Part shown: piece by piece, positions 55,123 to 64,000 of the stretch
Layout of the letters: each line of letters opens with the position of its first letter
How positions within the stretch are numbered: position 1 is the stretch's first letter
NCBI GenBank assembly: GCA_002373675.1
Contig: DFLF01000002.1
Location: forward strand, 65,984-129,983
Source: Pseudobutyrivibrio sp. UBA3626
Lineage (GTDB): Bacteria > Bacillota > Clostridia > Lachnospirales > Lachnospiraceae
DNA: 64,000 nucleotides
Direction of reading: 5' to 3'
Translations under genes and position numbers: made by a program
The notes under the pieces: model-generated
The model's database searches: none
What the model saw: the letters and a program-made list of their open reading frames with translations, nothing else
Told to the model about the DNA's origin: nothing

Positions 55123-57762
55123 TCAGTGCCCATAAGTTGAATTGATATTTGTATGGTCGGTACTGTTAGTAGTGTTAGTGCTATTACTACTATTAGTACT
55201 ATTAGAAGTATTTGTCGAGTGGGTTTCAGTTGTTGTAACTGTTGTTGTTACTTCAACCTGTTGCTGCCCTGTATGAATGGTACAGTAGTTTGTAAATCCA
55301 TTTATATCATACAGGTATGGCGAGTCATCTGTTCCCTGACTTCCACCAACAATGTATATGCTAGAACTTGTTGAAGGACAATATTCAGTAGCGATTTGTT
55401 GTGATTCGTTACATATTGTTACTCCAGTGTGGTGATCACAAGTATCTTTTGGTTCTGTACCATTTGCAAAGTATTCGGTATATACCATATTTCCTCTTGG
55501 ATCGTTATCACATACTCCTTCAATAGGAAGTTTCCCTGACTTCTTACATACACTAACCTGAGTGATTCCTGATGGCATATTGAAGTCTTTGTAGGCTAGA
55601 CCTTCGTGAATACGTTTCATAGCAGCTTTCCAAATTGCTTTTGAATAGCTGGTAGAACCTTGTACAGCATTGTCGTCATTACCACCCCAGATAACACATG
55701 TGTAATAAGGAGTGTATCCGGCAAATAGGGTGTCTCTGTTCTTTGTTGTAGTACCTGACTTGCCTGCAACAGCCATTCCATCGAAGTTGGCAGGTGTACC
55801 GGTACCTTGAGTCATAACATCTTTCATAGCGCTTGTAAGCAGCCATGCGCTTGTTTCTTTCAAGACATCTTTTGGTTTTCTCTTTGAGTTATCTATTATA
55901 ACTTTTCCACTATTATCTTCTACTTTTGTATAGAAAGTAGGTTTATAGTATTTGCCTTCGTTAGCTATTGTTGCATAAGCGCCTGTAAGTTCTAAGTTAG
56001 TTACACCATTTGTTATTCCGCCAAGTGATAGAGCCTGGTTGTTATCGCCACTAACGAGAGTAGTTATACCCAGGTTCTTGGCATATTCCATGCCAAGACC
56101 TGTTCCTATTTGTGTAAGCGTCTTTACGGTTACGATATTTATAGAATTGGTAATACCTTCTCTTAATGTTGTAAAACCTCTAAATGAGAAGTCATAGTTG
56201 TTGATTGACTGACCATTGGCATAGCTCATAGGCGCATCATCCTGAACTGTTGCTAACGTTAAGTTCGCAGCATCAAGGGCTGGAGCATATGCTGTTACGA
56301 TTTTAAATGTTGAACCGGGCTGTCTGGTTATATCGGTGGCTCTGTTTAATGTTTTGCTTCCGTCCTTTGAACCACGTCCACCAACAAGTGCTACAACAGT
56401 ACCGTTATTATGATCCATTACGGTAAATGCTACTTGTGGCTGTAGTGTGTAAGAAACAGTTTCTCCACCTTCAGGAATAGAATCACCAGGTTCCATTATT
56501 TCGGATTTGTATTTCTCGATTGCAGCAGCAGCCTGAGCTTCTGTATCAAAATCAATAGTATAATTAGGATTTGATTTTTGGTAATAAGATAGCATTGTCT
56601 GGTCGCTATAATTCTTTGTTGAACCATCTTTTTTGTTGATGGTTAATCTATATGCGAAACTTACTTTTGGCTTTGTTGGGTAGTTTTCCTGGTTGTTTGC
56701 TTCCTCGTCACATATTTTTTGTATATGACTATCCTGTGTTGAGTATATTTTGAGACCACCTGAATAAATCTTTTGATAAGCCTCGCTCTCGGAATATCCC
56801 TTTTCTTCCATTAAGTCATCAGCCAACTGATCTGTTAATGCATCTACAAAATATGATGTGGCAGTGTTTCCTGAACCACCATTGTTAATAGTTGAGATTC
56901 TGTCATATACATTATCTGATAGTGCTTTCTCATACTCGTCTTCCGTTATGTAATCCTGACGAAGTAATCGCTTTAGAACTTCGAGCTGTCGCGTCTTGTT
57001 ATTCTCAGGATTAGTAATAGGATTATACTTTGACGGATTCTGGGTAATTGCAGCAATTACAGCCGATTCTGCCAGGTTAAGATCAGATACGGATTTGTTA
57101 AAATACTTATTGGAAGCCGCCTGAACACCTAAGGTATTAGAACCTAAGTTAATGGTGTTAAGGTAGTTCTCAAGTATTTCGTCTTTATCCATATAATCTT
57201 CTAACTTAACAGCAAGATATTGCTCTTGTATCTTACGATTGAATCTTTCTATGAAATTATTCTCGCTCATCCACTGGGTGAAGTAGTTGTTCTTAAGAAG
57301 CTGCTGTGTAATTGTACTAGCACCCTGTGATTCTTTACCAAAGGATATAAGACTGGTAAATGCTGCTCTTATAACACCTTTGATATCAACACCGTTATGC
57401 TTATAGAATCGTTCGTCCTCTATCGCGATAAATGCGTGCTGTAAATCTTTTGGGATATTATCAAGAGATGCATGTTCTCTGTTGGCACCTGATGCAGCCA
57501 GTGTTTCAATCTCATTACCGTCTTTGTCATATACTTTAGACATATAGCCGGTTGGTGAGACATCTACATCTTCAATATCCGGGCATTTTGCGATAAGTAC
57601 TGTGGAATATATGCCAAATACCACTATTAAGAATAGCACGAAGCCACAAAGCCCTATAAGGATAGTTTTTCCAAATGTTGTATTGAATTTCTTTTGGGCT
57701 TTTTTCTTTGTACTATTGCCGTTTCTTGCACGATTATTTGTATTTTCCTTGCCGTAATTCAT
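55123..57762 (-). CDS. Bifunctional class A penicillin-binding protein (PBP1A family) with Cys-rich and Ser/Thr/Asn-rich C-terminal extension
   Basis: GT51 motifs are IAIEDERFYKHNGVD and GASTITQQ. Transpeptidase motifs are STFK and KSGTT. There is an N-terminal TM anchor. The C-terminus carries about 8 Cys, then TTTVTTTETHSTNTSNSTNSSNSTNTTNST. Confidence 0.9.
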   Translation of the reverse strand: MNYGKENTNNRARNGNSTKKKAQKKFNTTFGKTILIGLCGFVLFLIVVFGIYSTVLIAKCPDIEDVDVSPTGYMSKVYDKDGNEIETLAASGANREHASLDNIPKDLQHAFIAIEDERFYKHNGVDIKGVIRAAFTSLISFGKESQGASTITQQLLKNNYFTQWMSENNFIERFNRKIQEQYLAVKLEDYMDKDEILENYLNTINLGSNTLGVQAASNKYFNKSVSDLNLAESAVIAAITQNPSKYNPITNPENNKTRQLEVLKRLLRQDYITEDEYEKALSDNVYDRISTINNGGSGNTATSYFVDALTDQLADDLMEEKGYSESEAYQKIYSGGLKIYSTQDSHIQKICDEEANNQENYPTKPKVSFAYRLTINKKDGSTKNYSDQTMLSYYQKSNPNYTIDFDTEAQAAAAIEKYKSEIMEPGDSIPEGGETVSYTLQPQVAFTVMDHNNGTVVALVGGRGSKDGSKTLNRATDITRQPGSTFKIVTAYAPALDAANLTLATVQDDAPMSYANGQSINNYDFSFRGFTTLREGITNSINIVTVKTLTQIGTGLGMEYAKNLGITTLVSGDNNQALSLGGITNGVTNLELTGAYATIANEGKYYKPTFYTKVEDNSGKVIIDNSKRKPKDVLKETSAWLLTSAMKDVMTQGTGTPANFDGMAVAGKSGTTTKNRDTLFAGYTPYYTCVIWGGNDDNAVQGSTSYSKAIWKAAMKRIHEGLAYKDFNMPSGITQVSVCKKSGKLPIEGVCDNDPRGNMVYTEYFANGTEPKDTCDHHTGVTICNESQQIATEYCPSTSSSIYIVGGSQGTDDSPYLYDINGFTNYCTIHTGQQQVEVTTTVTTTETHSTNTSNSTNSSNSTNTTNSTDHTNINSTYGH

Positions 57763-57880
57763 AAAAACCTCCGGAATTTAATGTTTATACGTCACAATCC
57801 ATTCTATTATATCAAAAAAATTGCTTATTATAAAGAAGAAACATATAATAGTTATATCATTAGAAACGGGAGAAAGCTAA

Positions 57881-58504
57881 ATGGGAAATCTTGTGATAAA
57901 AGAAGGGGCATCTGGAGAAGTTATTGTTAAGAAGTCACGTTTTATTTCTGAATTAAAATACGTTGAGACTGAAGAAGAGGCAATTTCTTTTATAAAAGAG
58001 AAGAAAAAACAGTATCATGACGCAAGACACAATTGCTCATGTTATATAATTGGAGAAGATAAACTTAGTAAATCAAGCGACGATGGTGAGCCTTCGGGTA
58101 CTGCAGGAAGACCTATGCTGGAAGTTCTTGAAAAAAAAGGGTTAATCAATGTGGTTGCTGTTGTAACCAGATATTTTGGTGGAGTCTTACTGGGAACTGG
58201 TGGGCTTGTGAGAGCTTATCAGGATGCAATTAAGGATGCTTTAGATAAATGCGATTATATGCATACAATTGAAGTAAACGAAGTGGAGATAACGCTTGAT
58301 TATAATATGTGGCCTAAGATTGAGAATTTCTGTAAAGAGACAGGTATAACTATAGGAGAATTGGTCTTTCTTGAAAATGTAAAAGTAAAGATTAAAACAC
58401 CAGTGGAAGATACGGATAGAGTAATAGATGAAATAATTGAAATTACAAGTGGAAAGTGCCATATAGAAAAGGACGATGAAAAGCATACAATATTTAGTGA
58501 TTAA
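57881..58504 (+). CDS. yigZ: YigZ family (IMPACT N-terminal domain) protein
   Basis: 207-aa ORF with KKSRFI, HNCSCYI, SDDGEPSGTAG.PML and RYFGG..LG.GGL.RAY. Confidence 0.85.
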   Translation: MGNLVIKEGASGEVIVKKSRFISELKYVETEEEAISFIKEKKKQYHDARHNCSCYIIGEDKLSKSSDDGEPSGTAGRPMLEVLEKKGLINVVAVVTRYFGGVLLGTGGLVRAYQDAIKDALDKCDYMHTIEVNEVEITLDYNMWPKIENFCKETGITIGELVFLENVKVKIKTPVEDTDRVIDEIIEITSGKCHIEKDDEKHTIFSD

Positions 58505-58568
58505 CAAATCATGAAAAAGGGTTTATAATATAAGTGTAACTATGCAAATCAGGAAAGGAGGAATTACT

Positions 58569-59090
58569 ATGATAAATGGTATTGGTTTTGATTTCGGTAG
58601 TTCCTTTTCAGGTTCTGGGTTTGGAAGTACAATAGGAATAGAAGATGAGTCTTTAGGAGTAGGCTTTGGAGTGGAAGGCGCTAGAGCGTCAAACGGGGTA
58701 CAGGAAGAAGATAAGGCTAATCCTAAGGGAGAATGTCAGACGTGCAAGAATCGTAAATATCAGGATGGATCTGATGAGATGGTGTCTTTTAAGTCTGCAA
58801 CCCATATATCACCACAGGCAGCGGGAGCAGCAGTACGTGGGCATGAAGGAGAACATGTATCCAATGCATATAAGAAGGCGTTTCAGGAAGGCGGTAAAGT
58901 AGTTTCCGTAGGTGTATCAATTCATACTGCAGTCTGTCCTGAGTGTGGAAGGACATATGTATCAGGTGGAACAACCCACTCTGTTATTTCAACGCCGGTT
59001 AATGAGGATAAAGCCAATCCTTATACTAAGAATAAGAATGCAATTTCTAAAGCTAATTCCCCGGGATTAGTTATGGATTTTGGAGTATAA
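58569..59090 (+). CDS. SprA-related / putative metalloprotease-like family protein
   Basis: 173 aa from ATG 58569, with an AAGGAGG Shine-Dalgarno. The Gly-rich N-terminus is followed by CQTCKNRKYQDGSDEMVSFK...AAVRGHEGEHV and a second Cys pair, CPECG. The family assignment is from memory. Confidence 0.55.
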   Translation: MINGIGFDFGSSFSGSGFGSTIGIEDESLGVGFGVEGARASNGVQEEDKANPKGECQTCKNRKYQDGSDEMVSFKSATHISPQAAGAAVRGHEGEHVSNAYKKAFQEGGKVVSVGVSIHTAVCPECGRTYVSGGTTHSVISTPVNEDKANPYTKNKNAISKANSPGLVMDFGV

Positions 59091-59116
59091 ATATAATAAG
59101 AGATGGAGACTAGACA

Positions 59117-61441
59117 ATGGATATTAATCAAACAATTGCAAGTGAACTAGGTATTAGGCTAGGTCAGGTGGAGGCAACAGTTAAATTGATTGATGAAGGA
59201 AATACAATCCCTTTCATTGCCAGGTATCGTAAGGAAGTTACCGGAGCCCTTAATGATGAGGTGCTCCGGAATCTTTTTGATAGACTTACATATCTACGCA
59301 ACCTAGAGGATAGAAAGAACACTTGTATCGCATCTATAGAGGAACAGGGAAAGCTTACACCAGAATTAAAGAAGCAGATAATGGAAGCAACTACTCTTGT
59401 TGTTGTAGAAGATTTGTATAGACCGTACAAGCAGAAGAGAAGAACAAGGGCTATGATTGCTAAGGAGAAAGGTCTTGAACCTCTTTCAGATATTATCTTA
59501 AAGCAGGAAGAGACAACACCAATTATTGAAATAGCAGCACAATACATTAATGAAGAAAAAGAAGTAGATACTGCCGAGGCTGCTCTTAATGGAGCTAAGG
59601 ATATTATTGCTGAAATTATAAGTGATGAAGCAGATTACAGAATATTTATTCGTGACTTAACATTTAACAAAGGCAGAATTGTCAGCGTAGCAAAAGACCC
59701 GGAGGCAAAGTCTGTATATGAAATGTATTATGATTTTGACGAACCTGTAAATAAACTCCCGGGTCACAGAGTATTGGCTCTTAATCGTGGGGAGAAGGAG
59801 AAAATTCTCACTGTTAAGATAGAAGCCCCCGAGGAAGAGATAATAGATTATCTTGAGAAAAAGGTTATTACTAAAGATAATCCCAATACATCTTACGTAC
59901 TTACAGAAGCAATTCTAGACAGTTATAAGAGGTTAATTGCGCCAGCTATAGAGCGAGAGATTAGAAGCGAACTTACAGAGACTTCTGAGGATAGCGCAAT
60001 TAAAGTTTTTGGAAAGAATCTTGTGCAACTTCTTATGCAACCACCTATTGCCAATAAGGTTGTATTGGGATGGGATCCTGCATTTAGAACAGGCTGTAAG
60101 CTTGCTGTTGTAGATGCTACAGGTAAGGTGTTAGATACAACAGTGATTTTTCCGACAGAGCCACAGAACAAGGTTGAAGAATCTAAAGCCGTACTTAAGA
60201 AGCTGATAGATAAATATAATATAGAATTAATTTCGGTTGGAAATGGTACAGCAAGTCGAGAGTCTGAAAAGATAATAGTGGATTTGATTAAAGAAATTCC
60301 TGAGAATGTACAATATGTAATTACAAATGAGGCCGGGGCGTCTGTATATTCAGCAAGTAAACTTGCAACAGAGGAGTTCCCTAATTTTGACGTGGGGCAA
60401 AGAAGTGCAACTTCTATTGCTAGAAGATTGCAAGACCCATTATCAGAACTTGTAAAGATTGATCCGAAGTCAATTGGTGTGGGACAATATCAACATGATA
60501 TGAATCAGAAGAAACTTTCAGAAGCACTTTCTAATGTTGTGGAGGACTGTGTTAATAAGGTTGGTGTAGATCTTAATACTGCATCAATGTCTCTTCTTGA
60601 GTATGTATCTGGAATTAATAAGACTTTGGCAAAAAATATTGTTGAATACAGAGAGGCTAATGGTGCTTTTAAAGAGAGAAAAGAACTCCTTAATGTGTCG
60701 AAACTCGGGCCTAAAGCTTATGAACAATGTGCAGGATTTCTTCGCATAAGAGATGGAAAGAATCCTCTTGATGCAACAAGTGTGCATCCTGAGAGTTATG
60801 ACGCATGTGTTAAGCTTTTAGAGAAATTAAATCATTCTCTTGATGAAATATTAAGTGGTGGAATGTCGGGCATCTCAAAGGAGGCAAGTGATATAAATAG
60901 TCTCGCAGAGGATCTTAATATAGGTGAAATTACACTAACAGATATTATTACAGAACTTGAGAAGCCTGGAAGGGATCCAAGAAGTGATATGCCACTACCT
61001 GTTCTTAGAAGTGATGTACTTGACATGAAAGACTTAAAGCCTGGAATGGTTCTAAAAGGTACTGTTAGAAATGTCATTGATTTTGGCGTATTTGTGGATA
61101 TAGGCGTTCATCAGGATGGGCTTGTTCATATATCAGAGATATGTGATGAATATATTAAACATCCGCTTGAAGCTGTCAGTGTTGGAGATGTGGTAGAAGT
61201 ATCGGTGCTGTCTGTTGATCTCGATAAGAAACGTATTCAACTTACTATGAAGACAGGTGGAAATAATATCTCCCATAAAACTAAATCTTCTAAGAAAGAC
61301 AAGCATACTGTCAATAAGCCTAATGGTAAGAGAAATGAAAGCTATAAGAGAAATAATAATTCTACAAAGAATACTAAGACAGGAAGTAAAAAAGGCTTCG
61401 TAAAAAGAAATAACTTCTTTGATGGGATTGTCATAAAATAA
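59117..61441 (+). CDS. tex: Tex family transcription accessory protein (YqgF/HhH/S1 domains)
   Basis: 774-aa ORF. The N-terminus is IASELGIRLGQVEATVKLIDEGNTIPFIARYRKE. The S1 domain is GTVRNVIDFGVFVDIG..DGLVHIS. The tail is basic. Confidence 0.92.
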   Translation: MDINQTIASELGIRLGQVEATVKLIDEGNTIPFIARYRKEVTGALNDEVLRNLFDRLTYLRNLEDRKNTCIASIEEQGKLTPELKKQIMEATTLVVVEDLYRPYKQKRRTRAMIAKEKGLEPLSDIILKQEETTPIIEIAAQYINEEKEVDTAEAALNGAKDIIAEIISDEADYRIFIRDLTFNKGRIVSVAKDPEAKSVYEMYYDFDEPVNKLPGHRVLALNRGEKEKILTVKIEAPEEEIIDYLEKKVITKDNPNTSYVLTEAILDSYKRLIAPAIEREIRSELTETSEDSAIKVFGKNLVQLLMQPPIANKVVLGWDPAFRTGCKLAVVDATGKVLDTTVIFPTEPQNKVEESKAVLKKLIDKYNIELISVGNGTASRESEKIIVDLIKEIPENVQYVITNEAGASVYSASKLATEEFPNFDVGQRSATSIARRLQDPLSELVKIDPKSIGVGQYQHDMNQKKLSEALSNVVEDCVNKVGVDLNTASMSLLEYVSGINKTLAKNIVEYREANGAFKERKELLNVSKLGPKAYEQCAGFLRIRDGKNPLDATSVHPESYDACVKLLEKLNHSLDEILSGGMSGISKEASDINSLAEDLNIGEITLTDIITELEKPGRDPRSDMPLPVLRSDVLDMKDLKPGMVLKGTVRNVIDFGVFVDIGVHQDGLVHISEICDEYIKHPLEAVSVGDVVEVSVLSVDLDKKRIQLTMKTGGNNISHKTKSSKKDKHTVNKPNGKRNESYKRNNNSTKNTKTGSKKGFVKRNNFFDGIVIK

Positions 61442-61444
61442 TAC

Positions 61445-61473
61445 TTGACACCTGTGGAAGTAATTAATATACT
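61445..61473 (+). promoter_or_regulatory. SigA-type promoter for the FMN riboswitch-ribU transcript
   Basis: TTGACA (61445-61450), a 17-nt spacer, then TATACT (61468-61473). It lies about 15 nt upstream of the riboswitch. Confidence 0.7.
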
Positions 61474-61485
61474 AAAACACATAAA

Positions 61486-61626
61486 ATAAAATCTTCGGGG
61501 CAGGGTGTGATTCCCGACCGGCGGTGTTCTAATTATATTAGTAAGTCCGCGAGTGATACATAATATGTATTACATGAACTGGTGAGATTCCAGTGCCGAC
61601 AGTAAAGTCTGGATGGAAGGAGATGC
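61486..61626 (+). promoter_or_regulatory. FMN riboswitch (RFN element)
   Basis: Conserved RFN blocks: CTTCGGGGCAGGGTGTGATTCCCGACCGGCGGT, AGTCCGCGAG, TGGTGAGATTCCAGTGCCGACAGTAAAGTCTGGATGGAAGGAGA. A terminator and ribU follow. Confidence 0.9.
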
Positions 61627-61700
61627 TGTTACATGGTAATGGCGAATATGCAGATTTATTAATAGATAGATTTTGCATTTTACTCTAGTAGAAACAATGA

Positions 61701-61729
61701 CCCCAGAGTTAATCTCTGGGGTTTTCTTT
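61701..61729 (+). terminator. Riboswitch expression-platform terminator
   Basis: CCCCAGAG (61701-61708) pairs with CTCTGGGG (61714-61721), followed by TTTTCTTT. The 5' arm can alternatively pair with the riboswitch P1 strand CTTCGGGG (61493-61500), which would form an antiterminator. Confidence 0.8.
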
Positions 61730-61751
61730 GTCTCGAAAGAAAGAAGGAGTT

Positions 61752-62411
61752 ATGGAGAGAACAATGGAACAAAAAACACAACAAAAGGGAAAAATTATTT
61801 CAACAAGGAAGCTTGCTGTTACGGGAATGCTTTCAGCAGTTGCATTCATTCTCATGTATCTTGAGATTCCGGTGCCAATTATGCCAAGCTTTGTCAAATT
61901 CGATTTTTCAGATTTGCCTGCACTGATAGGTGCATTTGCCTTAGGTCCTGTATGGGGTGTAATTATTGAGCTTGTTAAGAATTTACTTCATCTTGCTGTA
62001 TCACAGTCAATGTTTATCGGAGAATTGTCTAACTTTATTCTTGGTGGAGCATTTGTTCTGGTATCAGGTCTTATTTATCAGAGAAAAAAGACAAAGAAGA
62101 ACGCTTTTGTCGCAGGTTTAATAGGTGCTCTTGCAATGGGAGTGATTAGTATTTTCTCTAATTATTTTCTGGTATATCCTGTATATATCAAGGCTTACTT
62201 TGATGGTTCCCTTGAAACTTGCCTTGCAATGTATAATGCTATTTGCTGGGAAGTTGCAGATACAGGTGTAGGACCACATTTATTTGAAATCAAATCGCTT
62301 ATGCAGGCTTTATTAATCTTTAATCTGCCATTTACATTTATCAAGGGTATGATTTCTGTTGGGATAAGTATGCTTGTGTATAAGCCATTATCAAAGTTTA
62401 TTAAAGGTTAA
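61752..62411 (+). CDS. ribU: ECF transporter S component for riboflavin (RibU)
   Basis: About 219 aa from ATG 61752 (AAGGAG upstream) with 5-6 TM helices. The motif is TRKLAVTGMLSAVAFILMYLE. It lies directly downstream of the FMN riboswitch. Confidence 0.85.
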   Translation: MERTMEQKTQQKGKIISTRKLAVTGMLSAVAFILMYLEIPVPIMPSFVKFDFSDLPALIGAFALGPVWGVIIELVKNLLHLAVSQSMFIGELSNFILGGAFVLVSGLIYQRKKTKKNAFVAGLIGALAMGVISIFSNYFLVYPVYIKAYFDGSLETCLAMYNAICWEVADTGVGPHLFEIKSLMQALLIFNLPFTFIKGMISVGISMLVYKPLSKFIKG

Positions 62412-62511
62412 TAAGTAGATAATTGTCTGCACTTTTATTTTACTTAATCAAATGTTATAATTTCTAGGAACATAATTTAGAAAGGAAGAGGCATTTTGCC
62501 TTTGTTACATT

Positions 62512-63021
62512 ATGAACCTGAAATTTGATGTTAAAATGACGACCAAAGATTTATACAAATACAACTTGAGAAATGCATACTCAGGGATGCAGGGGATTCT
62601 CAGTATTATTTGTGCAGCTTTGGTTGTCTTTGTTTTTATATGGAAATTCGATTCCCTGTCTTTGGTTTATAAAGCTTTATTTATTGCTTTGGCAATAGCA
62701 TTTCTTGTGTATATACCAATTGCGCTGTATCTTAGATCAAAACAGGTCATTGCTAAGTCGGATGTTTTTAGAGAGCCACTTACATTTGTATTCTCAGATG
62801 AAGAGATTAATATCAAATCACCTGTGGCTACAGAAGAAGACGAAACTCTACTTCCATGGGCGGACATATATAAGGTGGTGAAGACGAAATCTTTAATTCT
62901 TATTTATACAAACAGAGTGAGTGCTTATATTATCCCCCTAGAACAGATTACTGATAAAGAAAAAGAAATAATTGATGTTTTGAAGAGTAAAGTAGAAGGC
63001 TTTAAACTTCGCGGGTTTTAG
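62512..63021 (+). CDS. YcxB-like membrane protein (two TM helices plus small soluble domain)
   Basis: 169-aa ORF. Two hydrophobic helices are followed by a beta-rich domain. The family call is from general resemblance only. Confidence 0.45.
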   Translation: MNLKFDVKMTTKDLYKYNLRNAYSGMQGILSIICAALVVFVFIWKFDSLSLVYKALFIALAIAFLVYIPIALYLRSKQVIAKSDVFREPLTFVFSDEEINIKSPVATEEDETLLPWADIYKVVKTKSLILIYTNRVSAYIIPLEQITDKEKEIIDVLKSKVEGFKLRGF

Positions 63022-63035
63022 ATTGGAAAATTAGA

Positions 63036-63473
63036 ATGATAATAGAGAGTTTTAGTGAAAATGAAACAAGAGACTTTGCTAAGAAACTAGGTGAAGAGGC
63101 TAAAGCAGGACAGGTCTATTGCCTAATAGGAGATTTGGGAGTGGGCAAGACAGTATTTACCCAGGGCTTTGCCGAAGGCATGGGAGTAAAAGAATGGGTT
63201 AATAGTCCTACTTTTACAATAGTACAAGAGTATGAAGGCGATAAGATGCCTTTTTATCATTTTGATGTGTATAGAATAGGCGACTCTGAAGAAATGTATG
63301 AAGTGGGATTTGAAGATTATGTCTATGGAGAAGGCGTAAGTCTCATAGAATGGGCAAATCTTATTTTGGACATTATTCCCGAAGATGCTATTAGTATTAG
63401 AATTGATAAAGACATGGATAAGGGATTTAATTATAGAAGAATTACAGTAGAAAGTCAGGTAGAACAAACATGA
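63036..63473 (+). CDS. tsaE: tRNA threonylcarbamoyladenosine biosynthesis ATPase TsaE
   Basis: 145-aa ORF with the P-loop GDLGVGKT, SPTFT, and the HFDVYR and EW motifs. Confidence 0.9.
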   Translation: MIIESFSENETRDFAKKLGEEAKAGQVYCLIGDLGVGKTVFTQGFAEGMGVKEWVNSPTFTIVQEYEGDKMPFYHFDVYRIGDSEEMYEVGFEDYVYGEGVSLIEWANLILDIIPEDAISIRIDKDMDKGFNYRRITVESQVEQT

Positions 63474-64000
63474 AAGTTCTTGGATTTGAAGCGTCCGGAC
63501 TTGTGGCAAGTGTAGCGCTGGTAGAAGACGACATACTCCTGGGGGAGTATACAATTAATCATAAAAGAACTCATTCTAAGACGTTAATGCCTATGTTAGA
63601 TGAGTTGAAGAAGAGATTAGAACTTGATTTGGAGTCAATTGATGCAATTGCTGTTGCGTCAGGGCCTGGTTCTTATACAGGGCTTCGCATAAGTTCATCC
63701 ACAGCAAAAGGTTTGGGGATGGCACTTAACAAACCCATAGTCTCTGTCCCTACAATTGATGGATTGGCATATAATATGTGGGGTGCATCCGGCTTGGTAT
63801 GTCCAATAATGGATGCTAGAAGGAAGCAGGTCTATACAGGTTTGTACAGATTTGAAGACTCATCTATGCATACTGTTAAGCCACAAGCTGTAATGGATAT
63901 TAATGAATTGTTGTCTTTTATATGTGAAATGCTAAATGATAATGATTCTCAAGTGCTATTTCTGGGGGATGGCATCAAATTATATCATGACTTAATTATT
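63470..64000 (+). CDS. tsaB: tRNA threonylcarbamoyladenosine biosynthesis protein TsaB (5' part, runs off the window)
   Basis: ATG 63470 overlaps the tsaE stop (ATGA). The translation is MKVLGFEASGLVASVALVEDD...AVASGPGSYTGLRI. The frame stays open to the window end. Confidence 0.85.
   Translation, partial: MKVLGFEASGLVASVALVEDDILLGEYTINHKRTHSKTLMPMLDELKKRLELDLESIDAIAVASGPGSYTGLRISSSTAKGLGMALNKPIVSVPTIDGLAYNMWGASGLVCPIMDARRKQVYTGLYRFEDSSMHTVKPQAVMDINELLSFICEMLNDNDSQVLFLGDGIKLYHDLII

Noticed and set aside
55140-55260. Short periodic repeats that might be mistaken for a CRISPR-like or tandem-repeat array.
   Set aside because: They are degenerate trinucleotide repeats inside the PBP1A reading frame and encode the Thr/Ser/Asn tail. 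There is no repeat-spacer organisation and no cas genes.

Overview
AT-rich, densely coding chromosomal window from a Firmicutes-type genome. It is probably Clostridia or Lachnospiraceae-like, which I infer from gene content, synteny and protein style, not from a search. All calls come from reading the ORF translations and the DNA by eye; no BLAST, HMM or Rfam runs were possible.

Gene content, in order:
- WYL regulator, VanW/G5 protein, AIR-synthase-like gene plus an AlaR/AlaT-like pair.
- trmL, ecfA1-ecfA2-ecfT, truA.
- A three-gene phosphorelay (receiver, Hpt, hybrid kinase), a DUF975 fusion protein and a metallophosphoesterase.
- An Fe-ADH and an IS200-like Y1 (RAYT-like) transposase gene, bracketed by 27-nt palindromic repeats, then a YmfI-like SDR.
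- hpf, an XRE/TPR regulator, ddl-murF, plsC.
- cdaA-cdaR followed by an atypical HPr, and a lone leuA.
- A cell-wall glycan locus: rfbD, rfbB, several GT2 genes, a Wzx-type flippase, and GlfT1-like and GlfT2-like galactofuranosyltransferases.
- ftsH, uvrC, hprK, an M18 aminopeptidase, murB-rapZ-whiA-crh-like.
- A lipid kinase, fba, a type III glutamine synthetase, PBP1A, yigZ, an SprA-related protein and tex.
- An FMN riboswitch with ribU, then tsaE-tsaB.

No rRNA, tRNA, CRISPR array, prophage or recognisable defence system is visible. Most of the window is ordinary housekeeping DNA.

The leads most worth a second look are:
1. A REP-like repeat family associated with the Y1 transposase.
2. A roughly 270-nt imperfect palindrome with a GC-rich three-way-junction core inside the glycan locus.
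3. A mycobacterial-style GlfT1/GlfT2 set that includes a catalytically degenerate GlfT2 paralogue.
4. A non-canonical HPr gene where glmM normally follows cdaA-cdaR.
5. A His15-less Crh-like HPr after whiA, with yvcK absent.

None of these is proven to be a new system. Each is a hypothesis with a stated test.
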